From contig JADLFN010000049.1 in NCBI GenBank assembly GCA_020845475.1, positions 3,062 through 67,061 of the forward strand: a stretch of DNA of 64,000 nt. The letters are read 5' to 3'. Positions 19,051-26,709 of the stretch are shown here, in pieces. Each line of letters starts with the position of its first letter. Within the stretch, counting starts at the first letter, position 1. Both the position numbers and the translations under genes were made by a program. Source of the stretch: Planctomycetota bacterium. GTDB lineage: Bacteria > Planctomycetota > UBA8742 > UBA2392. Below the pieces are notes generated by a model. The model made no database searches, was not told where the DNA came from, and saw only the letters and a list, made by a program, of their open reading frames with translations.

Positions 19051-19336
19051 GCTTTGTGCTCCTGGCGCTCAAAAGCGCCAACGGGGACGGAGACCGGATA
19101 ATTGGTAGGGGCAGGGCTTGCATTGCCAATGGGGCAACGCAGGCTTTGCCTCTGCGGGCGGGATACCCCGCCCACAGAACCAATATACACCGTCCAAAGC
19201 ACAAATGCCCTGTCGGATACCCATTAGGCTCGACAGGGCTCCCGCATTACGAGGTTATGCAAACGTCGGGCCAGAATGTGTCATCGCCTGCAAGGTGGCT
19301 TCGCAGGCGGCTTGGGCGTTACGGGCGATACGGGGA

Positions 19337-19472
19337 GGTGACTTGTGCCAGGTGGTTGGTGACTCGTGCTTGGTGATTGGACTGGCCACTTGTCTCGGCG
19401 CGTCCATTGATCCAAAGGTGTTTACCAGCCACCAGCCACCAGCCACCAGCCACCAGCCACTATCCACCAGTT
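19337..19472. repeat. Heptamer-periodic inverted-repeat element (arms 19337..19385 and 19424..19472)
   Basis: Arm 1 is ggtgact tgtgcca ggtggtt ggtgact cgtgctt ggtgatt ggactgg. Arm 2 is accagcc x5, actatcc, accagtt, the imperfect complement. Arm 2 abuts the ffh stop codon. Confidence 0.75.
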
Positions 19473-20946
19473 ACAAATCGACCTTGAACTTGTTGCGGAA
19501 CTCGGCAAAGTCTTCGGCCGCCGGGCGGCGCAAATTCGGCTTGGCGCGCTTTTTGGAGCCGCCCTGCATCTTGGCCTGCTCGGCGAGCATCTTCTTCTTG
19601 TCGCGGCTCATCTTCCATGCCGTGGCCTTGCCCATAAGGCCCTGGTTCTTCAAGCCCTGCACCATGGTGCGCATCTGTTCAAACGCTTTGAGCAGGCGGT
19701 TCACTTCTTCGATGGTGCGCCCACAACCGCTTGATATGCGGCGCTTGCGGCTGGGGTTGAGCTGGTCGGGCAGGCGCCGTTCCTTGGGCGTCATCGATTT
19801 GATGATCGCCTCCACATGATCGAGACCCTTTTCGTTGATCTGGTCCAGGGGCAGCTCAGCCGCGCCGGGGATCATTTTCAGCAAGTCTTTCATCGGGCCC
19901 ATCTGCTTGATGGCCTTGATCTGGCTCAGGAAGTCCTCGAGCGTGAATTCATCCTCGATCAGCTTGCGCTCCAGCTCGACGGCTTCTTCTTCCTTGATCG
20001 CGGCCTGGGCCTTTTCCACGAGCGTAACGACGTCGCCCATGCCCAGGATGCGGCCAGCCACGCGATCAGCGTGGAAGACTTCCAGGCCATCGGGCTTTTC
20101 GCTCACGCCCACAAACCGGATCGGCTTGCCGGTAATCGCGCGCACCGTCATCACTGCGCCGCCGCGCGAATCGCCATCGAGCTTGGTCAGGATTGCGCCC
20201 GTCAGCGGCAGCTTTTCGTCAAATGCTTTCGCCGATTTCACGGCGTCCTGGCCGGTCATGCCGTCGCACACGAAAAAGACTTCATCGGGCGTGCAGGTGT
20301 CCGCAATCTTCTTCACTTCATCCATCAGGTCTTCATCGACGTGCAGGCGGCCGGCGGTGTCGAGTATGACAACGTCATGCGCATTCTTTTTCGCAAAGGC
20401 CAGCGCGTCGTTGCAGACCTTGACGGGGTTGCTGGCGCGATCGGCGAACACCGGCACCTGAATGCCCTTGCCGACCACTTCGAGCTGATCGACAGCGGCC
20501 GGGCGCTGCAAGTCCGCAGCCACGAGCAGCGGGTTTTTCTTGTGGATGCGCTTGAGATAGAGCGCAAGCTTGCCGCAGGTCGTGGTTTTGCCCGAGCCCT
20601 GCAAGCCGCACATCATGATTACGGTGGCGCGATCACCCCTGAAGTTCAATCGCGCGCGGCCTTTGTCATCAACGACATCCGGCGCGGACATCATGGAGAC
20701 CAGCTCGTCATGGACCGCCTTGACGAACTGCTCGCCCGGGCGCACGCCCTTGAGCACTTCGGCGCCCAGCGCTTTCTCTTTTACGCGCTCGGTGAATTCC
20801 TTGGCGATTTTCAGGGAGACGTCGGCCTCAAGCAGGGCGGTGCGGATGGCGCGCACGGCATCCTGAATGTTGGCCTCGGTGATTTCGGCATTGCCGGAGA
20901 GCTTGCGCCAGACCTCGGTGAAGCGTTTGGAGATGTTGTCGAACAT
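19471..20946 (-). CDS. ffh: Signal recognition particle protein Ffh
   Basis: MFDNISKRFTEVWRKLSG, GLQGSGKTTTCGKLA, DTAGRL, and an M-domain with a Met-rich region. The C-terminal tail is basic. Confidence 0.92.
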   Translation of the reverse strand: MFDNISKRFTEVWRKLSGNAEITEANIQDAVRAIRTALLEADVSLKIAKEFTERVKEKALGAEVLKGVRPGEQFVKAVHDELVSMMSAPDVVDDKGRARLNFRGDRATVIMMCGLQGSGKTTTCGKLALYLKRIHKKNPLLVAADLQRPAAVDQLEVVGKGIQVPVFADRASNPVKVCNDALAFAKKNAHDVVILDTAGRLHVDEDLMDEVKKIADTCTPDEVFFVCDGMTGQDAVKSAKAFDEKLPLTGAILTKLDGDSRGGAVMTVRAITGKPIRFVGVSEKPDGLEVFHADRVAGRILGMGDVVTLVEKAQAAIKEEEAVELERKLIEDEFTLEDFLSQIKAIKQMGPMKDLLKMIPGAAELPLDQINEKGLDHVEAIIKSMTPKERRLPDQLNPSRKRRISSGCGRTIEEVNRLLKAFEQMRTMVQGLKNQGLMGKATAWKMSRDKKKMLAEQAKMQGGSKKRAKPNLRRPAAEDFAEFRNKFKVDL

Positions 20947-21039
20947 GCGTTATCCGTGATTCGAAAGGGGCGGCAGTGTAGCAATCAGAGCCCCGAGCGT
21001 AAGCGAGCGGGTCCGTCGTCAGGAAGTTGAGCCAAGCCG

Positions 21040-21606
21040 CTAGGTGCTGGGCTTCTGGCTCTCCACGTGCTTTTTGAGGTCGGAGAGGTAGCGCTTGATG
21101 CCGTCTTCCGGCTTCATCATGAAGCTGCCGATTGCGCGCATGAACGCATTGGGCGTCTTGCCGATTTCGGTCAGGGTCACTTTGGTGAATTTCTTGTCGC
21201 CTTTGGTGACTTCCTCAAACTTGAACGTCCACCTTCCGGTGAACATGTCCTTCGATTCGCGCACTTCGATCGTGATCGAATTCGGCTTGAAACCGTTGGT
21301 TTGCGTGGTGATCAGTTCCATGTCTCCGTCAACGACCTGTGTGTACGTGAGCTTGTCGCCGTCCTTCTTGAAGTCCTTGATCTCCTTCACCATAGAAGTC
21401 CACTTGGGTACGCCCTGGATGTCGGCGACGGCCTCGTAGCAGGCCAGCGGCCAGCGCTCCACCTCGACGCTCGTCGAGGCCATATGCTCTTCGGGAATCG
21501 AGTTGCCATAGATGAACAGGCCCGCGCCGCAGGCCGCAATCAGCAGCACGCCATAAATCAGAATCTTGCCGATGCCAATGCCGCCCTTCTTCTTGTCGTC
21601 GCCCAT
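21040..21606 (-). CDS. SRPBCC-family (polyketide cyclase/START-like) membrane-anchored protein
   Basis: Starts at MGDDKKKGGIGIGKILIYGVLLIAACGAG (AGGAG upstream of the ATG at 21606). W-containing SRPBCC-like core WTSMVKEIKDF...TGRWTFKFEE. The ORF-track N-extension to 21747 is judged spurious. Confidence 0.55.
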   Translation of the reverse strand: MGDDKKKGGIGIGKILIYGVLLIAACGAGLFIYGNSIPEEHMASTSVEVERWPLACYEAVADIQGVPKWTSMVKEIKDFKKDGDKLTYTQVVDGDMELITTQTNGFKPNSITIEVRESKDMFTGRWTFKFEEVTKGDKKFTKVTLTEIGKTPNAFMRAIGSFMMKPEDGIKRYLSDLKKHVESQKPST

Positions 21607-21710
21607 GGCTGATCTCCTTGAACTTGTGATTATCACAGGCATGGCTAAACTTGCACGTTCTAAATGGCCCGCCATAGCCCAAAGGGCGAAGGGGGGTCGG
21701 TCCAGCGGCC

Positions 21711-24347
21711 GTGGGTAATCCCGCGACGCCGCTACAGAGGGGCACAAGCCCTGAGAGTGCCATGAACAACGCCTCCGGCGCCAACGCGCCCAAGCTGCAT
21801 TCGAATTTGCAACTTCGCGCCGGTGACCACACCCCCGGCGCCTATCGTCCGTCCAAGGGCCAGCCCTTTGATCGCCTCGAGCGCGGCGGCCACGTGGACG
21901 ACGCCGAACTTCTCTCCGGAAAACTCACGCCCGATGGCCACTCGGTGCCGCATGAACGCCGCGCCGAACAAGCCGCGCTCAACGCCAAGTGGCTTGTTGA
22001 AGAACGCGAACGCCTGCGCGCGAGCAAAGGCGAGCCCGTAGCCTATGCACAAGCCAGCGCCAGCGAGCAATCGCCGGGCCTTGAATACGCCGACCTCGAA
22101 AAGTTCCTCGCCTCACGCAAGGCCCTCAACAACGCGGGCGAAAAGGATCTCGAGGCCAAAGCCGCGCGCGCGCAGGAATATGCGGCGAAACTGGCGGCGG
22201 AATATTATGCGAAGTCAGAGGTCGGAGGTCAGGGGCCTGAAGTTGAAACCAATTCAGAATTCAGAATTCAGAATTCAGAATTGCCTGCTCGCACTGCGTT
22301 CCTGCCAACTTCGCGCGCCGACATGGACGCAAAAGGTTGGGCCGCCTGCGACTTCATCCTCGTCAGCGGCGACGCTTACGTTGATCACCCCAGTTTCGCC
22401 AACGGCGTGATTTCGCGCGTGCTCGAGTGGGCCGGCTTCAAGGTGGGCATCATTGCGCAGCCCGATTGGCGCAACCTCGACGACATCAAGCGCCTGGGCG
22501 CACCCCGGCTGGGTTTTCTGGTGGGGGCGGGAAATCTCGATTCGATGCTCAACGCCTACACGGCGCACAAGCTGCCGCGCAGCGATGACCCCTATTCGCC
22601 CGGCGGCAAAGCCGACGCGCGGCCTCAGCGCGCGACGATTGTGTACTGCAACCTGATTCGCCGCGCGTTCGGCAAGGCGCCCATCATCATCGGCGGCATG
22701 GAGGCCAGCCAGCGCCGCTTTGCGCATTACGATTACTGGGACGACCGCGTGCGCCGCAGCATCTTGCTCGATAGCAACGCCGACATGCTCGTGTTCGGCA
22801 TGGGCGAAACGCAGATTGTCGAAGTCGCGCACCGCCTCAACGGCGGCGAAAAAATCCACGAGATCAACGACGTGCGCGGCACGGCCATCGTGCGCAAGGA
22901 TGTTTCGTTTCTCGACGCGCCGGGCTTCGTGGAGCGCTTCGGCAAAGCCCAGTTCACGATGGCGTACGAGACGCTGCTTCCGCCGAGGTATCAGGTATCA
23001 GGTGTCAGGGATCAGGAAAAGCCCGATACCCGAAACCCGAACCCTGATACCCAGGCCGATCGTGTTCAAGAACACCAAGACACCGGCCCGCACGCCATCC
23101 CCGCCTATCGCAAGAACTACGCGATCACCTTCAAACAGCTTTACGACGAGCAGGACCCCGTGCGCGGCCGGCCCGTGGTTCAGCCAACGGGCGCGCTGCA
23201 TGTGGTCCAGCTTCCGCCGGCGCGCTTGCAAAGCGAAGCCGAGCTCGACCGCTGGTACGACCTGCCCTACACGCGCATGCCGCACCCGGATTACGATGCC
23301 AAAGGCGGCGTGCCTGCGTGGCTGACCACGCAGCACACGATCGTGACGCACCGCGGCTGCATGGGCTCGTGCACCTTCTGCGCAATCTGGATGCACCAGG
23401 GCCGCACGATTTCGAGCAGAAGCATCGAGAGCATTGAGCGCGAGGCGCAAGCCATCACCCACATGCCCAGCTTCAAGGGCTATATCTCGGACGTGGGTGG
23501 GCCCACGGCGAACATGTATGGCAACTATTGCAGCGTTCAACAAACCCTGGGTGCGTGCAAGGAGCGTGACTGCCTGCTGCCTGATCCATGCCCCGCGCTG
23601 CGGCAACACCTCGACAAGCAAGTGGAAATGTTAAGCCGCGTGCGCGCGGTGCCCGGCGTGAAGAAAGCGTTCATCGCCAGCGGCATCCGTTACGACATGC
23701 TGATCGACGAGAAAACGACCAAGGGCTGCAGCGACCAATATATTGAGAACCTCGCGGCGCATCACACGTCAGGCCACCTGAAAGTGGCGCCCGAGCACAC
23801 CAGCGATCAGGTGCTTGCGAGAATGCGCAAGCCGAGCTTCGCCAAGTACGAGATTTTCAAGCAGCGTTTCGTGGATGCCAGCAAGCGCGTGGGCAAAGAG
23901 CAGTATCTAGTCGCCTACTTCGTGAGCAGCCACCCCGGCTGCACCATGGAAGAGCAGATCGCGCTAGCCGAGTATTTCAAGAAAAGCGGGTGGAGCCCCG
24001 AACAGGTGCAGGATTTCATTCCCACGCCCATGACGCCTGCGACGGCGATGTTCTATTCCGGCTTCGACCCCGAGACGATGCAGTACGTCTACACACCCAC
24101 GACGATGCGCGAAAAGCGCCGCCAGCGCGCGCTGATGCAATTCAAAAAGCCCGAGTTCCAGGGCCGCGTACGCAAGGCCCTGCGCGAAGCCGGCCGCAGC
24201 GAACTCATCGGCAAAGGCCCGCAAGCGCTGGTGCCGCCCGGCAACGAAGAAGACTGGGAAGACGACAACCCCCGCCGCCCCGCCGGCATCGGCAGCGGGC
24301 CGGGCACGTTCAAGCCGCGCAAAGCCTATCGTGGCAAGCGCAGATAG
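21711..24347 (+). CDS. ygiQ: YgiQ-family radical SAM protein (UPF0313) with an unusual ~190-aa N-terminal extension
   Basis: The core begins FLPTSRADMDAKGWAACDFILVSGDAYVDHPSF, matching the E. coli YgiQ N-terminus as recalled. Radical SAM motif GCMGSCTFC. The extension has a coding-like GC3 pattern, and the true start is uncertain (ATG 21762, or TTG near 22283). Confidence 0.8.
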   Translation: MGNPATPLQRGTSPESAMNNASGANAPKLHSNLQLRAGDHTPGAYRPSKGQPFDRLERGGHVDDAELLSGKLTPDGHSVPHERRAEQAALNAKWLVEERERLRASKGEPVAYAQASASEQSPGLEYADLEKFLASRKALNNAGEKDLEAKAARAQEYAAKLAAEYYAKSEVGGQGPEVETNSEFRIQNSELPARTAFLPTSRADMDAKGWAACDFILVSGDAYVDHPSFANGVISRVLEWAGFKVGIIAQPDWRNLDDIKRLGAPRLGFLVGAGNLDSMLNAYTAHKLPRSDDPYSPGGKADARPQRATIVYCNLIRRAFGKAPIIIGGMEASQRRFAHYDYWDDRVRRSILLDSNADMLVFGMGETQIVEVAHRLNGGEKIHEINDVRGTAIVRKDVSFLDAPGFVERFGKAQFTMAYETLLPPRYQVSGVRDQEKPDTRNPNPDTQADRVQEHQDTGPHAIPAYRKNYAITFKQLYDEQDPVRGRPVVQPTGALHVVQLPPARLQSEAELDRWYDLPYTRMPHPDYDAKGGVPAWLTTQHTIVTHRGCMGSCTFCAIWMHQGRTISSRSIESIEREAQAITHMPSFKGYISDVGGPTANMYGNYCSVQQTLGACKERDCLLPDPCPALRQHLDKQVEMLSRVRAVPGVKKAFIASGIRYDMLIDEKTTKGCSDQYIENLAAHHTSGHLKVAPEHTSDQVLARMRKPSFAKYEIFKQRFVDASKRVGKEQYLVAYFVSSHPGCTMEEQIALAEYFKKSGWSPEQVQDFIPTPMTPATAMFYSGFDPETMQYVYTPTTMREKRRQRALMQFKKPEFQGRVRKALREAGRSELIGKGPQALVPPGNEEDWEDDNPRRPAGIGSGPGTFKPRKAYRGKRR
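22213..22283. repeat. Heptamer-periodic tract inside the ygiQ ORF (gtcagag gtcggag gtcaggg ... attcaga x4)
   Basis: Read directly. It is translated in frame as SEVGGQGPEVETNSEFRIQNSEL, just upstream of the conserved YgiQ N-terminus. Confidence 0.7.
22987..23056. repeat. Heptamer-periodic inverted-repeat element inside the ygiQ ORF
   Basis: Arm 1 is ggtatca ggtatca ggtgtca gggatca; loop ggaaaag; arm 2 is cccgata cccgaaa cccgaac cctgata. It is translated in frame as YQVSGVRDQEKPDTRNPNPDTQ. Confidence 0.75.
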
Positions 24348-24387
24348 TTGCGAAGCGGACGCGCCGGAAACCTAGGATGCACCGTTA

Positions 24388-25425
24388 ATGCTCTGTTCCG
24401 AATGCCAGAAAGTGAACCCCGACGGCGCGCGTTTTTGCGCGTTCTGTGGCAAGGCTCTGGCCGGGCGTGATCCCGTTGAACCCGTCGCAGCGGCTCCGTT
24501 TGCAAGCGTGCAAGCACCTCCAACTGCGCGAGACGACAGCGCATTGAGAAGTCGCAGGGGCGGCCGCGCCGATGACCTCGGCTGCCCGCAGTGCAAAATC
24601 GCGAACACTGCCCAAGCCGAGCAATGCAGCGCGTGCGGAGCGTCTTTGCGTGAAACCTGTGCCGCCTGCGGCAACGCGCGGCGCGTGGGACTGATTCTGT
24701 GCGATCATTGCGGCGCCGACGGCCTGGCTTCAAAAATCGCCGTGGCGCACAGGGACGCTGCGCAGCGCGCCATGAATGAGCGTCGCCTCAAGGACGCCAT
24801 CGACGAACTCTATGAACTTAGCAACCTGGTTCGCGCGCATGGCGCAGAACTGGGGCCACTGGCAACACTTCAGGGCTGGAGCGACAGAGAGTCAGCGCGG
24901 CTGAGGGCCAACCGCGAGAAGGCCCAGCAGCTTGCGGAGCAAGGCCGCGTGCGCGTTAGGGAGGGCCGCATCAAGGGCGCGACAGAAAGACTGACGGCGG
25001 CGGCCGCGCTGGATTGTGCGTTCGATCAGGAACTGGCCATGCTGCAAAACCCGCCGGCGGCACCAGCGCCTGAAGCGGGAAGCGAACCTCCCGTGCATTC
25101 ACCGCAGAACGCCTACGATGCGCTCACGGGTTCCGTGCGCACGCGGGTGTGGTCCGATCGTTCCGATGAAGCGCCGCTGCCGGCCGTAGCGCCCCTCGGC
25201 CAGAAACCCACCACGCGCGTTGAAAAGGACCCGCCGTTGCCGGTAGCACCGCTGGGCCAGAAATCGCCCACGACGAAAACTGGCAACACCATGCCGGCCG
25301 ACGCCATCAAAATCCGCTGCGCCGCGTGCGGAGTCGTGATCGTGACACGCCAGGCCACGGCCGAAAAACTCCAGGCCTGCCCCAAATGCAAAGCCGCGCC
25401 GTTCAGCTATTCGCCGACAGGCTGA
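24388..25425 (+). CDS. Zinc-ribbon domain protein (multiple CxxC pairs)
   Basis: MLCSECQKVNPDGARFCAFCG, CPQCK...CSACG, CAACG...CDHCG, and C-terminal CAACG...CPKCK. Internal repeat LPAVAPLGQKPTT / LPVAPLGQKSPTT. Confidence 0.6.
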   Translation: MLCSECQKVNPDGARFCAFCGKALAGRDPVEPVAAAPFASVQAPPTARDDSALRSRRGGRADDLGCPQCKIANTAQAEQCSACGASLRETCAACGNARRVGLILCDHCGADGLASKIAVAHRDAAQRAMNERRLKDAIDELYELSNLVRAHGAELGPLATLQGWSDRESARLRANREKAQQLAEQGRVRVREGRIKGATERLTAAAALDCAFDQELAMLQNPPAAPAPEAGSEPPVHSPQNAYDALTGSVRTRVWSDRSDEAPLPAVAPLGQKPTTRVEKDPPLPVAPLGQKSPTTKTGNTMPADAIKIRCAACGVVIVTRQATAEKLQACPKCKAAPFSYSPTG

Positions 25426-25429
25426 TGGC

Positions 25430-26599
25430 CTACTCTTGCGCGCGCAGAAGCGCGCTGATTTCGCGCGCGACATCGAACTCCAGCAGGCTTCCCTGCTCGC
25501 AGGAATTGAGCAGCAGTATGAACATGGCGTCAATTTCCGGCAGGCGGGCGAAGTAGGCGCGTGCTCCCGGCGCGGCCCCCGCGTGGCATTGCATTTTCTT
25601 GCCTTCGATTTCGAGCACAGTCCATCCCAGCGCGTAGCTTTCCTTCTGGACGTTGAACCAGAGCTCCTTGGCCTTGGCGTCGAGGAAATCACTCCATTCA
25701 ATGGCTTCGCTGAAGCGCCACATGTCTTCGACGGTGCTTACCATATAGCCGCAGCCTTTTTGGCCCCACGTAAACGGCCAGTCCGTGACGCTGCCTCTGT
25801 TCTGGCCGTCTTCATAGCGCATGGCGCTGCGCTTGTCGTCGAGTTTTTCGCCCGAGCAAAACCCCGAATCCTTCATGCCCGTGGACTCGAGAATGTTCTT
25901 CTGCATGTAGTTCTCGTAGGACTCGCCGCTGGCGATTTCGATGACGGCCGCGGCGATGAAATAGTTGGTGTTGCTGTATTCGTGCTTCTCGCCGGGTTTC
26001 CCGATCAACGGGATGGAGAGCAGACCCTTGACCGTGTTGTCACGGCTCTCGAAGTCAAAGTGCTCGCTGTCGTACATGCGCGAGAGACCGCTGGTGTGGC
26101 TCAGCAACTGGGTAAGGGTGATCGGCTTCTTGTCGGCCGGCGCGCTTGGGAAGAACTTGCCCAGCGTGTCATCAAGACGCAATTTGCCGTCCTGTTCCAG
26201 GCGCAGGACGCCCGCGGCGGTAAATGTCTTCGTGACCGAGCCGATATCAAAGAGCGCGTCCGGCGCATTGGCGCGCTTGGCATCGCGGTCGGCAAATGCG
26301 TAGCCCTTATTGAGCAATGCCTTGCCGTCCTTGGCGACGAGAACGGAGCCAGAAAAGCCGCGCTCTTTGTAGCCGTCCATCAATGTTTCGAGTTTCTTGG
26401 TTAGCGCCTCGTGCGCTTTGGCATTTGCCTTGGCGCGCTGCTCGCGTTCTTTACGCCTGGCGGTGCGCTCGGAGTCGATCTTGCGCTGATCGGCTTTGCT
26501 GGTCTTGCGCGGCTCCGCCTTGGGTTCGTCCTTGGCCAAGGTGGGCACCAGGATTGCGGCAAGCAGGCAAATCGCGATCACAAATCGAGTCGGGGCCAT
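25430..26599 (-). CDS. Serine hydrolase, beta-lactamase/transpeptidase-like family, exported
   Basis: Signal peptide MAPTRFVIAICLLAAILVPTLA, a Lys/Glu-rich linker, SxxK motif FDIGSVTKTFTAAG, and YSNTNY. Confidence 0.75.
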   Translation of the reverse strand: MAPTRFVIAICLLAAILVPTLAKDEPKAEPRKTSKADQRKIDSERTARRKEREQRAKANAKAHEALTKKLETLMDGYKERGFSGSVLVAKDGKALLNKGYAFADRDAKRANAPDALFDIGSVTKTFTAAGVLRLEQDGKLRLDDTLGKFFPSAPADKKPITLTQLLSHTSGLSRMYDSEHFDFESRDNTVKGLLSIPLIGKPGEKHEYSNTNYFIAAAVIEIASGESYENYMQKNILESTGMKDSGFCSGEKLDDKRSAMRYEDGQNRGSVTDWPFTWGQKGCGYMVSTVEDMWRFSEAIEWSDFLDAKAKELWFNVQKESYALGWTVLEIEGKKMQCHAGAAPGARAYFARLPEIDAMFILLLNSCEQGSLLEFDVAREISALLRAQE

Positions 26600-26709
26600 G
26601 ATTCCTCCACCAAAGGTAGTTGCAGTCTATGCTGCCAGGCTCCTCTTTCTATGGTCCGCGCGATGTCATAGGCCATTGGCCTGAGTGTGCAGCGAAGGGC
26701 TCTTGGCGC

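Noticed and set aside
19816-21030. 404-aa plus-strand ORF antisense to ffh
   Set aside because: The opposite strand encodes an unmistakable Ffh. The translation is low-complexity (G/A/R/H/L) with no domain signature.
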